A stretch of 64,000 bases of DNA from Patescibacteria group bacterium (GTDB lineage Bacteria > Patescibacteriota > Microgenomatia > UBA1400 > PJMF01). Every line of letters begins with the position of its first letter. The first letter of the stretch is position 1. This document shows, piece by piece, positions 25,651 to 34,141 of the stretch. The notes beneath the pieces are model-generated. The model worked only from the letters and a program-made list of their open reading frames with translations. It did not search any database and was not told the origin of the DNA. The stretch covers positions 37,857 through 101,856 of the forward strand of contig JAZQJV010000018.1 in assembly GCA_045541795.1 (NCBI GenBank), in the 5' to 3' direction. The position numbers and the translations under genes were made by a program.

Positions 25651-28600
25651 TTGGGTCTCGCCGCCGCTGACTTCATCACCATCTGCCGCCACTTTTTGCG
25701 CCGTCTCTACCACTTCTTCTTGTCTCGTCATCACTTCTGGCGTAATGACGGGAGGTGGGGTCGGCGGTCGGCGGTTTTTGCGGATGATCGTGACTATGCC
25801 GGCTATGATTGCTACAGTTGCTAAAGCGAGTAAGATCCACGCATTAGTGCTGCCCTCGGGCTTGCTGATTAGTGTTTCTTGCTCGTCAGCGTAAGTCTCA
25901 TCAGCCTTGCTGATCCATGCCGGCTGCTTATCTAAGATTTGGATTTTATCCGTCATGGCTGTCTGCGCTACAAAGTCAGCATCATACATCGAACCGACAC
26001 GGGTCGGCGGTGCGCTTACTGTTTGTGCCAAATTTGTTAATACCGCTTGGTAAGAGACAATCGTCATTCCTCGTTTGACTTCATACAAAGTACCATTAAA
26101 GCCAGTGAAATTAAACGTCCGATTGGCCCAGACATTGTTTTCCCGCAAAAGTGGGCGCAAATTGCTGGGCAGATAATCATCAATATTGACGAAATATTGT
26201 GTCTGGCCTTTATTCTCAATCCCCAAGTATACCGTCACGATGTCGCCGGCTTTGATGTCCTCGCCAGTTTTTTCGGCGCGCACGTAGGCCTTGTAAATAT
26301 TGAGCTTCTTGTTTTCCCGCGGGGAATTGGTGCTGGTACGCCACTGATCGACACTGACGGTCACGTATATGGGTGCATCAGCGCCGTCATCTGTACGGCG
26401 TACGGTAATGGTATTGACGTCACCTGGTAAGTCAGCTAAGTTGACCGTAAAATGCTTTTCCCGGTCTATGCCAGAATTAAAATCAGCCATACCGATGGTC
26501 TGCTCGCCAGCCAAAATCACATAACTGCCGCCAACATCTTGGGGCGCAGCATACTCATACCATGCCATCAATGCCTCAATTGCTGTCGCGCTTTCGTAAG
26601 TGTTGGCCCAGCCAGCCTCGCGCCGATACCCCAAAAGCTGTGTCACGAGTTTTTCCAACTGTTGTTGATAGCCGCCATATTCTTGGTGATAAGCCAATAC
26701 TGCCTGTATCGTCAGTGCTAGATCTGCCGGTACGCTCCGGTAACGTTGGGCCTCACTACTGGTCAGATCGATGTTGTCATTTTCCATCGCTCGCAGTAAA
26801 CGGGTGACATTATGACTGGCTGCTTCTCGGTCGCCAGCTAAAAGATTAGCTTGCACCATCCACGAAAGCAAATCAACGTCAGTGGTGGCGGCGGCATTCA
26901 TCTGATCGTAATACTGTAAAGCGGCATCAAAGCTGGAAACTGATTTTCCTTCCATGGTCACTGTCTGACTGCGCTCACCCAGCAAAAGCAAACCGTACAC
27001 ACTGGAAATTAAATCAGCACTATTCAAACGTTCGCCAGCCGCTAAGTATTTACCCTGTAAAGTGTCAGCCAAAAACTGTGCGGCTCGAGCTTGCACCGGA
27101 GTTTGGGCTTGCGGCAAATGCTTCACCACGTATGTCGTCCGGAAAGCGCTAGCATCACCGCGAGTTTTATTCCAAAAACCCCAGCCGCCGCTGCTTTGCT
27201 GCAAAGAAGTCAGATTTTTCACGCCCGTCTCAATTAATTGATCAAGATCCACGCCGTCAAAATCTTCACTACTAAAGTAGTCACTATCGTGCGCTGCCAG
27301 GGCCGGCACTAATCTGGAGGTCACTTGCTCCACACAACCGCGCGGATACTCCAGCAAATCCTTCATCGCACTGCGCAGTGATGAGAGTAAATCCGCCGCT
27401 ACGCTGATGCTTACGCTCGAGCGCTCTCGCTCACTGTCGGGAGCAACTCCCAGATCAAATTCGCCCGCATGCAGTGAAAACTGACTCGTTTTCTGACTGT
27501 AGCCAAAAGGAAGAATCTGTAAGGTTTTAACCAGCACATCACCACTGCCTCCACTGCTGACATTACGCACGCCCGTAGTGATTTTGGTCGCTGGCATTTC
27601 ACTGATTGCTTTTACCGGTACGGTGACGTTTTTGGTTTCGCCAGCTGTGAGCGTAAGGCTGGAGGGGAAAGTTTCCAGAGTCTGCAAACCTTCTCCCGCT
27701 TCCCAGACAGGTACAAAGCTTTGCGTGACACCAGTATAATTCGTCACACTAAAACCCAAATGTAAAATGTCGCCCACGCGCATTCTTTCGGGCGCAATTA
27801 CCCGGGAGACTACGTCTTTTTGCGTGACTACTTCCTGTTTGCTTTCGCCTACTACTGTTTCCGGCGTCACGGCCACGCCCGTGAGTGCCCAGGTAGTCAA
27901 GTTATCCGGCATCACAAATTCCGTGCTGGCTTCACCATTGCTGTCGGTAATGATTTTTGGATTCCAGTAAGCGGTATCTTTGAAAACATCGCGCAGTTCA
28001 CTACCATCGCCACCACCGCCCTCGGCGCCAAAAAGCATAATGGATTGTAGTGAGTGGTAAGTACGGATCCAGTGATGACGCTCACTCCAGTAACGGCTAA
28101 AAATATCGCCCCGGTGTGAAGCCGCCAGCTCAAGCAAGGCTTTGTCAATCGTCCACAAAGTGACGCTGGCGCTTAGTGGTTTGCCTGTGTAGGCATTGGT
28201 AGTTTTTATTTTTACTTTTACGCTGTCACCAGGATTGTAAATTTCTTTGTCTGTAGTAATTTCTACGTTAATCTTTTTCAGGTCTCGAGCCATGTCCACG
28301 CCGCTCGTGCTGGAGATGTAATTATTACGGTCAAAAAGTGATACGTCATGGAAAGTGTTTGGCTGATCGGTATCTACTGCCTCGTAAGCGACTTGATCAG
28401 GGCTTTGGTGGAAAGTGCCGATAGAGTAACGATCTAGCCGCTGTCGGCCAAAGTCAGCAAAATACTGCCGACCGACTAAATTCTTGCCTACTTCGTAGCT
28501 GACATTGATTTTTTCACTCGGCACGTGCTTTTTGTCTTTGTCAATCACGATTTTGAGGGCAGAATCAGGGTCACTGCTGACGCCATTGCTACTTCCATCC

Positions 28601-30402
28601 AAGCCATAATCACTCCCACTATTGTCGTCACAATAAAACCAATCATAAGCAGCTTGAAAGTGTCCGTTCTCATCATAAACTTTGTAAATCACGCTACGAT
28701 TATCACAAGTACTGGGGCGATAACCAAAACTAAAATTCCCGTCAGCATCAGTACGGCTTTCGAGTGTAGTCAATTCCAAAAACTGCTCATAATGATCTGG
28801 GTCGCGCAAAATAATGGTGGCCGTCATCCGTCTGTTGGCAGCACTGACTTCATCACGGATACTGTTGATCTTTCCCGTCATTTCCATGCCGCTGCCCACT
28901 TGGAAGCTTTTGTTGGTGTCGCTTGTTTTAATTTCAAAAGGCGTGTAATTTATTTTTACCACTTTGAAGTCTTCGGCAGGCTCACTCAGGCCGTCACTAT
29001 AGCGGACAAATAAGGTGTAATAAAGCTGCGTTGTTCCTGACTCTTCACGTTTGTCCTCTTGCTTAGGCAGTCCAGTTTTAATTTCCCAGTCGAGCTCACC
29101 ATTTTCGCCCAGTGTCAGCGCGTGCCACTGGCAATCTTCGTTGTCATCATTGCCGCCCCAGGTATATCCTTGTTTGAAACAATAACTCACGCTTGAGCCA
29201 TTCATATCATGACCGGCAAAACTTGTCCCGCGCACGTGGGCGCTCACATTTTCTCCGGTCACTAGTGTATCTTCGTCTACATCCAAAATCAACTCATATT
29301 CCGGTTTGACGTACTCTCTCACTTCAAACCAAGTACTATTGCTGTACCGGTGCTCGCCACCCACAGACAAATAATAATCCGTCAGATCTGCATTCTCTCC
29401 GATCTTCCAGCTGCCATCAATGCCGCCGTATTCATCCGGGGTGTAAGTTTGTGCCCAATCAGTCACTTCACCATTTTTGCCAGAGTGAGTAATTTTCACG
29501 CTCACAGGTTCACGAGGCACACTGTAACGCGCGTCATCTTCTCGGCGCAGGAAAGCTTTAAAATATACCGTATCGCCGCGCTGGTAAAGCGGTTTATCGG
29601 TAAAAACATAATTATTTGCATCAGCGTGGTAAATCGAGTAGCTACCACCCGCAGTCCATAAACTACCAAGTTCCACGTCCTGGATCGCTAAAGGGATAAA
29701 ATCCCAACCGTTTGCCGTCACCACTACTAAAGCATCAGCATTTTCGGAGTAAGGGACAGTTGCGATCCCGTTGCTCGGGAAAGAAATTTCGTCGAGCGCG
29801 TGTACGCCGTCTTGTAAATTATACACGAACACTTGTCCGCTGATATTACCCGAGCCGCTAGCCAAATCCTGCGACCATAATGTAAGGTTTTCGTCACCAT
29901 TTTTGGCCATGGTAGCAAAACTTGAGCGCGTCACTAAAGCAAATTGCTCCTGGTCAGCGTCTACTGCCCGTATCCACCAAGCACCCGTGGCGGCTGGTAC
30001 GTCTAATTCATAATTACGGCCAGCCAACTGGTCCAAAGTCACACTGGTCACAGGCAATGCCAAGTCAAAATCAAAGTTTGACCACTGCAACTGACGGCGT
30101 TTGAAATAACTTTGCACTTCCTCATCTGGACTACTATATATCAAAGCATCAAGCAAGCCGTCCAAATCCAAAGGATAAAGACTGATCACTGCTTTAGGAT
30201 CGCTAAAATCTTGCGGATTTAGCTTGATTTTGTCATCAAGTCCCAGTGGTACAAATACAGAACGTGCCCCATAGTCTTCGGTAAAATTAAAACGTATCCG
30301 GCGCTGTTGCTGGTAAGCGGCACCAATTTCCTTGCCCTCGCCAAAAAACAATAAACTCAAACTCACCAGTATAGTCAACAAAAAACGTCCACACCATTTC
30401 AT
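25636..30402 (-). CDS. Alpha-2-macroglobulin family protein (bacterial A2M/ECAM-like, thioester-containing), 1,589 aa from Met at 30402, with an N-terminal signal peptide and a C-terminal TM anchor plus a Pro-rich cytoplasmic tail
   Basis: LEYPRGCVEQVTSRLVPALA matches the bacterial A2M thioester region (compare the E. coli YPYGCLEQTTS motif). DTAYWNPKIITDSNGEASTEFVMPDNLTTWALTGVAV matches the A2M domain. The start is chosen at MKWCGRFLLTILVSLSLLFF (signal peptide), downstream of the ORF-track Met at 30771. The C-terminus AWILLALATVAIIAGIVTII-RKNRRPPTPPP is a TM followed by a basic stop-transfer. Confidence 0.8.
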   Translation of the reverse strand: MKWCGRFLLTILVSLSLLFFGEGKEIGAAYQQQRRIRFNFTEDYGARSVFVPLGLDDKIKLNPQDFSDPKAVISLYPLDLDGLLDALIYSSPDEEVQSYFKRRQLQWSNFDFDLALPVTSVTLDQLAGRNYELDVPAATGAWWIRAVDADQEQFALVTRSSFATMAKNGDENLTLWSQDLASGSGNISGQVFVYNLQDGVHALDEISFPSNGIATVPYSENADALVVVTANGWDFIPLAIQDVELGSLWTAGGSYSIYHADANNYVFTDKPLYQRGDTVYFKAFLRREDDARYSVPREPVSVKITHSGKNGEVTDWAQTYTPDEYGGIDGSWKIGENADLTDYYLSVGGEHRYSNSTWFEVREYVKPEYELILDVDEDTLVTGENVSAHVRGTSFAGHDMNGSSVSYCFKQGYTWGGNDDNEDCQWHALTLGENGELDWEIKTGLPKQEDKREESGTTQLYYTLFVRYSDGLSEPAEDFKVVKINYTPFEIKTSDTNKSFQVGSGMEMTGKINSIRDEVSAANRRMTATIILRDPDHYEQFLELTTLESRTDADGNFSFGYRPSTCDNRSVIYKVYDENGHFQAAYDWFYCDDNSGSDYGLDGSSNGVSSDPDSALKIVIDKDKKHVPSEKINVSYEVGKNLVGRQYFADFGRQRLDRYSIGTFHQSPDQVAYEAVDTDQPNTFHDVSLFDRNNYISSTSGVDMARDLKKINVEITTDKEIYNPGDSVKVKIKTTNAYTGKPLSASVTLWTIDKALLELAASHRGDIFSRYWSERHHWIRTYHSLQSIMLFGAEGGGGDGSELRDVFKDTAYWNPKIITDSNGEASTEFVMPDNLTTWALTGVAVTPETVVGESKQEVVTQKDVVSRVIAPERMRVGDILHLGFSVTNYTGVTQSFVPVWEAGEGLQTLETFPSSLTLTAGETKNVTVPVKAISEMPATKITTGVRNVSSGGSGDVLVKTLQILPFGYSQKTSQFSLHAGEFDLGVAPDSERERSSVSISVAADLLSSLRSAMKDLLEYPRGCVEQVTSRLVPALAAHDSDYFSSEDFDGVDLDQLIETGVKNLTSLQQSSGGWGFWNKTRGDASAFRTTYVVKHLPQAQTPVQARAAQFLADTLQGKYLAAGERLNSADLISSVYGLLLLGERSQTVTMEGKSVSSFDAALQYYDQMNAAATTDVDLLSWMVQANLLAGDREAASHNVTRLLRAMENDNIDLTSSEAQRYRSVPADLALTIQAVLAYHQEYGGYQQQLEKLVTQLLGYRREAGWANTYESATAIEALMAWYEYAAPQDVGGSYVILAGEQTIGMADFNSGIDREKHFTVNLADLPGDVNTITVRRTDDGADAPIYVTVSVDQWRTSTNSPRENKKLNIYKAYVRAEKTGEDIKAGDIVTVYLGIENKGQTQYFVNIDDYLPSNLRPLLRENNVWANRTFNFTGFNGTLYEVKRGMTIVSYQAVLTNLAQTVSAPPTRVGSMYDADFVAQTAMTDKIQILDKQPAWISKADETYADEQETLISKPEGSTNAWILLALATVAIIAGIVTIIRKNRRPPTPPPVITPEVMTRQEEVVETAQKVAADGDEVSGGETQPVIR

Positions 30403-30466
30403 ATCTACTATCATAACACGCACCCTCATACTTGTCAAATCTGTGCACATGTAGTAAAATGAATTT

Positions 30467-31150
30467 ATGCCATTTGCAAGCACCAAACAATCAGCTGCGC
30501 CAGACCCTAATTCATCGGCCGACATCGCCGAAAATAGTGTCACTTGGGAAGAAGATGTGAACGTCGATCCTGACGAAGTTATTTTGGCGGCGATCATGGA
30601 AAACCTCGAGTCGGATATATGCGCTCGCTTGCAGGAGGATTTTGGCGACGAACTAGCGGCCACTTTTGAACAGGCACTTGCTGGCAACGGACAATTTGTA
30701 CGCATGTTGCTGCAGTCAGGCGTCCCGGTGGTGACGATGTTTGAGTGTCTGCGCGGGCGCCAGACGGCCATTAAAGATCAAGCGACTCTTGATGCTCTTT
30801 TGGATCACGGCTTGAGTTTGGAGCTTTTGCTGGGTGAGGCAGTGCCGTTTTATTTGCTAGTCTCTAGTGCCAATCGTGATGAGAGACTTTTTGACGCCTT
30901 GCTTGCCCACAAAAACATTAATCTGGACGATTTACTCCTGGCCAAAGCCGATCCGACCAAACTTGCCCGTCATCTTGATCGCTTTTCGCCAGTCAACGTG
31001 AGACTGCTACTACAATACGGCATCCCGCTACCCACGCTGGAAGCATACATTGATCAGTGTGACGCTGTCAATGAGCAACGCGGCTATGCGCCGCACTATT
31101 TCCGCCGGCGGGTGCAGGATATTTTGGATAGCGCGCACACAGGCGTGTGA
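30467..31150 (+). CDS. Hypothetical cytoplasmic protein with degenerate ankyrin-like LLxxGxxL repeats
   Basis: LLQSGVPV / LLDHGLSL / LLAHKNINL / LLLQYGIPL periodicity is visible. It is leaderless behind a TAAAAT -10. Confidence 0.35.
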   Translation: MPFASTKQSAAPDPNSSADIAENSVTWEEDVNVDPDEVILAAIMENLESDICARLQEDFGDELAATFEQALAGNGQFVRMLLQSGVPVVTMFECLRGRQTAIKDQATLDALLDHGLSLELLLGEAVPFYLLVSSANRDERLFDALLAHKNINLDDLLLAKADPTKLARHLDRFSPVNVRLLLQYGIPLPTLEAYIDQCDAVNEQRGYAPHYFRRRVQDILDSAHTGV

Positions 31151-31188
31151 CTAATTTCAGCTAAAGCATCACTGTCATTTAAGGTCCA

Positions 31189-31225
31189 TTCCCAAAAACT
31201 GGCCAAATGACCACTTTTTGGGAAT
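31189..31225 (+). terminator. Hairpin ttcccaaaaa-N16-tttttgggaa downstream of 30467..31150 (weak terminator-like structure)
   Basis: A 10-bp inverted repeat is read directly. It is AT-rich, so the confidence is low. Confidence 0.3.
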
Positions 31226-31406
31226 TGCATCCAAATAGTAATTGATAGGGAAGCGGGCTATTTGTCGTCATTCTTACTTTATACCCGATCACTAATTAGC
31301 GTCTGCATGTCCCGCCCGCCGTAGATGATCATTGCTATATCATTTTCCCGCCTTCTTGTCAAAACTTTTACTGTTTTCACTCATATCATCAAATTCCCAT
31401 GCATAG

Positions 31407-31435
31407 CGCTCATTTTTGTGGTATAATAAGAATAT
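31407..31435 (+). promoter_or_regulatory. Extended -10 promoter TTTGTGGTATAAT with the ATG 8 nt downstream (leaderless)
   Basis: catttttgtggtataataagaatatATG is read directly. The same motif recurs at 18237, 32663, 34118, 35222, 38676 and 47700. Confidence 0.55.
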
Positions 31436-32563
31436 ATGCGAAAACTTCGTGTTTTTAGCCAGGCTGTGTGTGTGTGTGTGGCTCTCGCCACTCTTTGTGC
31501 TAAGTCGGTAAGTGCAAATTATTGCTTGTGTCAGTATCCCGCCAGCGGGACACCGACAGAACTAGACTGCAAAGATGTAGGAAGCACGACCTCATGTAGT
31601 GATCAGTGTAGCTATTGGTCAGTTTACACATGGGGAACACATAGCGGACCATATAATACTTCAACCGAATGTGCAGCAAAGAAGCTTGAAGCTCAAAGGA
31701 AAACTGGTGCTGATACGGGCAATCAAACATGCCTGATTGTGGTTCAAGACAACACTACTAAGGGAGTTAGACATACGTGTGAAAAACTAGGCGGCGCCAG
31801 TTCTTGCAATGATGTAGCAGCGGCGGCAACACTTAATAGCAACGAAAGTATTAGGCAGAAGACGCTGTTTGATGATCCCTCAGCCTGTGAAAATGCATTT
31901 AGTACTCTTACAACACAAGTAGCCTGCAAGAAAACTAAAAACAGCGAGTGTATAGATATTACCGTCTACACTGATAGTTGGGATACAATAGGGTATTTTG
32001 CTTGTTTTAATGGCGAAAACCGTATGTCGTATTGTCAGGGTCCACAGTGCTGTATCTATCAAAACGATAGTGGACGCCAAACATGTCAATGCGGTACTGA
32101 TAATCTTACTGACAGCGGAAGTTGCAAGAGCACCCACGGTAGTGCTGGTTCATTGGTAAGTGGTCCGTATCACCGTACCGCTTGCGCAGATAAGCTAGAC
32201 TCCGAGCCCCTCACCGTCGACCTCCTCCCCAAATACGAAAAACTCTCCCAGACCTCACTTGACGAAATCAACCCTCTTACCCAAAGCAAAGTCCTCAGCG
32301 AAGCCAACACTCGTACTCCCGGCGCTCTCGTCTCTCGCCTTGTCCGCAATATTGTCTTCCCGATTGCTGGCTTACTTCTCTTTCTCATGATTACCTGGTC
32401 TGGCTTTCAAATCGTCCAAGGCGGAATGATGGGTGATGATAATGCTGTCAGCTCAGGTAAAGGACGTCTTACCGCCACTATTGTCGGCTTCCTACTGCTT
32501 TTTGGCAGTTACTGGCTCTGGTCGCTGGTAGAAGCGGCGCTGGGACTGGGGACAACGAGCTAG
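31436..32563 (+). CDS. Secreted cysteine-rich protein (about 28 Cys) with a conserved C-terminal two-TM hairpin anchor (VirB2/TrbC-type pilin-like), paralog A
   Basis: Signal peptide MRKLRVFSQAVCVCVALATLCAKSVSA. A Cys-rich ectodomain ends with the QCGTDNLTDSGSC motif shared with paralog B. The C-terminal 123 aa are identical to paralog B: TM1 IVFPIAGLLLFLMITWSGFQIV, loop QGGMMGDDNAVSSGKGR, TM2 LTATIVGFLLLFGSYWLWSLV. Confidence 0.75.
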   Translation: MRKLRVFSQAVCVCVALATLCAKSVSANYCLCQYPASGTPTELDCKDVGSTTSCSDQCSYWSVYTWGTHSGPYNTSTECAAKKLEAQRKTGADTGNQTCLIVVQDNTTKGVRHTCEKLGGASSCNDVAAAATLNSNESIRQKTLFDDPSACENAFSTLTTQVACKKTKNSECIDITVYTDSWDTIGYFACFNGENRMSYCQGPQCCIYQNDSGRQTCQCGTDNLTDSGSCKSTHGSAGSLVSGPYHRTACADKLDSEPLTVDLLPKYEKLSQTSLDEINPLTQSKVLSEANTRTPGALVSRLVRNIVFPIAGLLLFLMITWSGFQIVQGGMMGDDNAVSSGKGRLTATIVGFLLLFGSYWLWSLVEAALGLGTTS

Positions 32564-32684
32564 ACAAACCCAGAAATTGATAAATTAAGAAATAGAAAGG
32601 TAGAAAAAATATAAATAAAGTGGAGGTGAGAGCGTGTTTTAATTTCCCCTATTTACGGGAAGATTTTGTGGTATAATAAAAGGT

Positions 32685-34097
32685 ATGACGAAGAAAATTG
32701 GCTTCATTGTTATACTTGCAGCAACAAACATAATATTAGTTACTAATGCGGTTTTTGCGGACGAGAGTTGGTGCTTATTTGTTCCTACGCCAGGAACTGA
32801 TTCTGCTGGTAAGACGTATGCGGGAAGGTTTGATTGTTCACCACCAGATGTTTCCGGCGCCTGTAATCCAGCACTCGCAGGATATGGTAGCTGGGAAGCC
32901 GCTGGTTCGGGATACAAAAGCTTTGATGAATGTGCGAATGCTTATGACAATCTAAGCGGTTACTGCTATACAAGTGGTAGTGACGAATGTGCTAGTGCTA
33001 AGCGCAACACTTGCAGTTCCTTTTTTTATAAAGACGCAAATACGTGTGGGAATGAACATCTAGATTTCAACGCTTACTGCTATGACCCGGCTACAAACAA
33101 ATGCAATAAAATAAGTGGAGGGGTATCCAAAAGCTCTACTAGCAGTAAATGTGTCGGCGAATACACATATAAGGGGGGCACGGCAGAGTCTAATAAGAAA
33201 TCTTGCGAGGACTATGCTGCAACAATGGACGAACAGAAAAAAGCGGGTGATAAATTTTGTCTCTGGTACACTCATGGAGAGAATAATAATGAAAAGGCGG
33301 GAGATACGGATTTTAGGTCATTCAGATGTGAACCGATACTAATTGAGACCGAAACAACATGTGATGATCGTTTCCCACCAACTAATAGTGAAAAATGGAT
33401 ACTCTATCGCAAACAACCATATTCTACTCAAGAAGAATGTAAAAACGCTCTGTACCAAGAAAAAGTCTGGTGTTTCCATCCAAACGACGGCCGCTGCCAT
33501 AATGAAACATACGTCCAGTGTAGGGAACAAAACGGACAACAGTATAAGGATAAGACAACGTGTGAAGATAAACACCAAAAATGCTGTAAATATGAAGATA
33601 AGAATGGACACTCAACTTGCCAGTGTGGCTCTGATAATTTGGACGCAAAGGGGCAATGCTTAGCTTCATCTGATAAATACGGTTCTTTAAAGGGTAGCTA
33701 TGACGGTAGAACTGCTTGTTCTGATTCACTCGACTCTGAACCTCTCACCGTCGACCTCCTCCCCAAATACGAAAAACTCTCCCAAACCTCACTTGACGAA
33801 ATCAACCCTCTTACCCAAAGCAAAGTCCTCAGCGAAGCCAACACTCGCACTCCCGGCGCTCTCGTCTCTCGCCTTGTCCGCAATATTGTCTTCCCGATTG
33901 CCGGTCTTTTACTCTTTCTCATGATTACCTGGTCTGGCTTTCAAATCGTCCAAGGCGGAATGATGGGTGATGATAATGCTGTCAGCTCAGGTAAAGGACG
34001 TCTTACCGCCACCATCGTCGGCTTCCTACTGCTTTTTGGCAGTTACTGGCTCTGGTCGCTGGTAGAAGCGGCACTAGGACTGGGGACGACGAGCTAA
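32685..34097 (+). CDS. Secreted cysteine-rich protein (about 40 Cys) with the same C-terminal two-TM hairpin anchor, paralog B
   Basis: An N-terminal signal/TM (IGFIVILAATNIILVTNAVFA) is followed by a divergent Cys-rich ectodomain and the shared QCGSDNLDAKGQC motif. The last ~123 aa are identical to paralog A. The nt identity is about 97% over 33719-34097 vs 32191-32563, and all differences are synonymous. Confidence 0.75.
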   Translation: MTKKIGFIVILAATNIILVTNAVFADESWCLFVPTPGTDSAGKTYAGRFDCSPPDVSGACNPALAGYGSWEAAGSGYKSFDECANAYDNLSGYCYTSGSDECASAKRNTCSSFFYKDANTCGNEHLDFNAYCYDPATNKCNKISGGVSKSSTSSKCVGEYTYKGGTAESNKKSCEDYAATMDEQKKAGDKFCLWYTHGENNNEKAGDTDFRSFRCEPILIETETTCDDRFPPTNSEKWILYRKQPYSTQEECKNALYQEKVWCFHPNDGRCHNETYVQCREQNGQQYKDKTTCEDKHQKCCKYEDKNGHSTCQCGSDNLDAKGQCLASSDKYGSLKGSYDGRTACSDSLDSEPLTVDLLPKYEKLSQTSLDEINPLTQSKVLSEANTRTPGALVSRLVRNIVFPIAGLLLFLMITWSGFQIVQGGMMGDDNAVSSGKGRLTATIVGFLLLFGSYWLWSLVEAALGLGTTS

Positions 34098-34141
34098 TTT
34101 CCGTTGGACGCACGCCGGATTGTGGTGTATAATAAGCGCTA

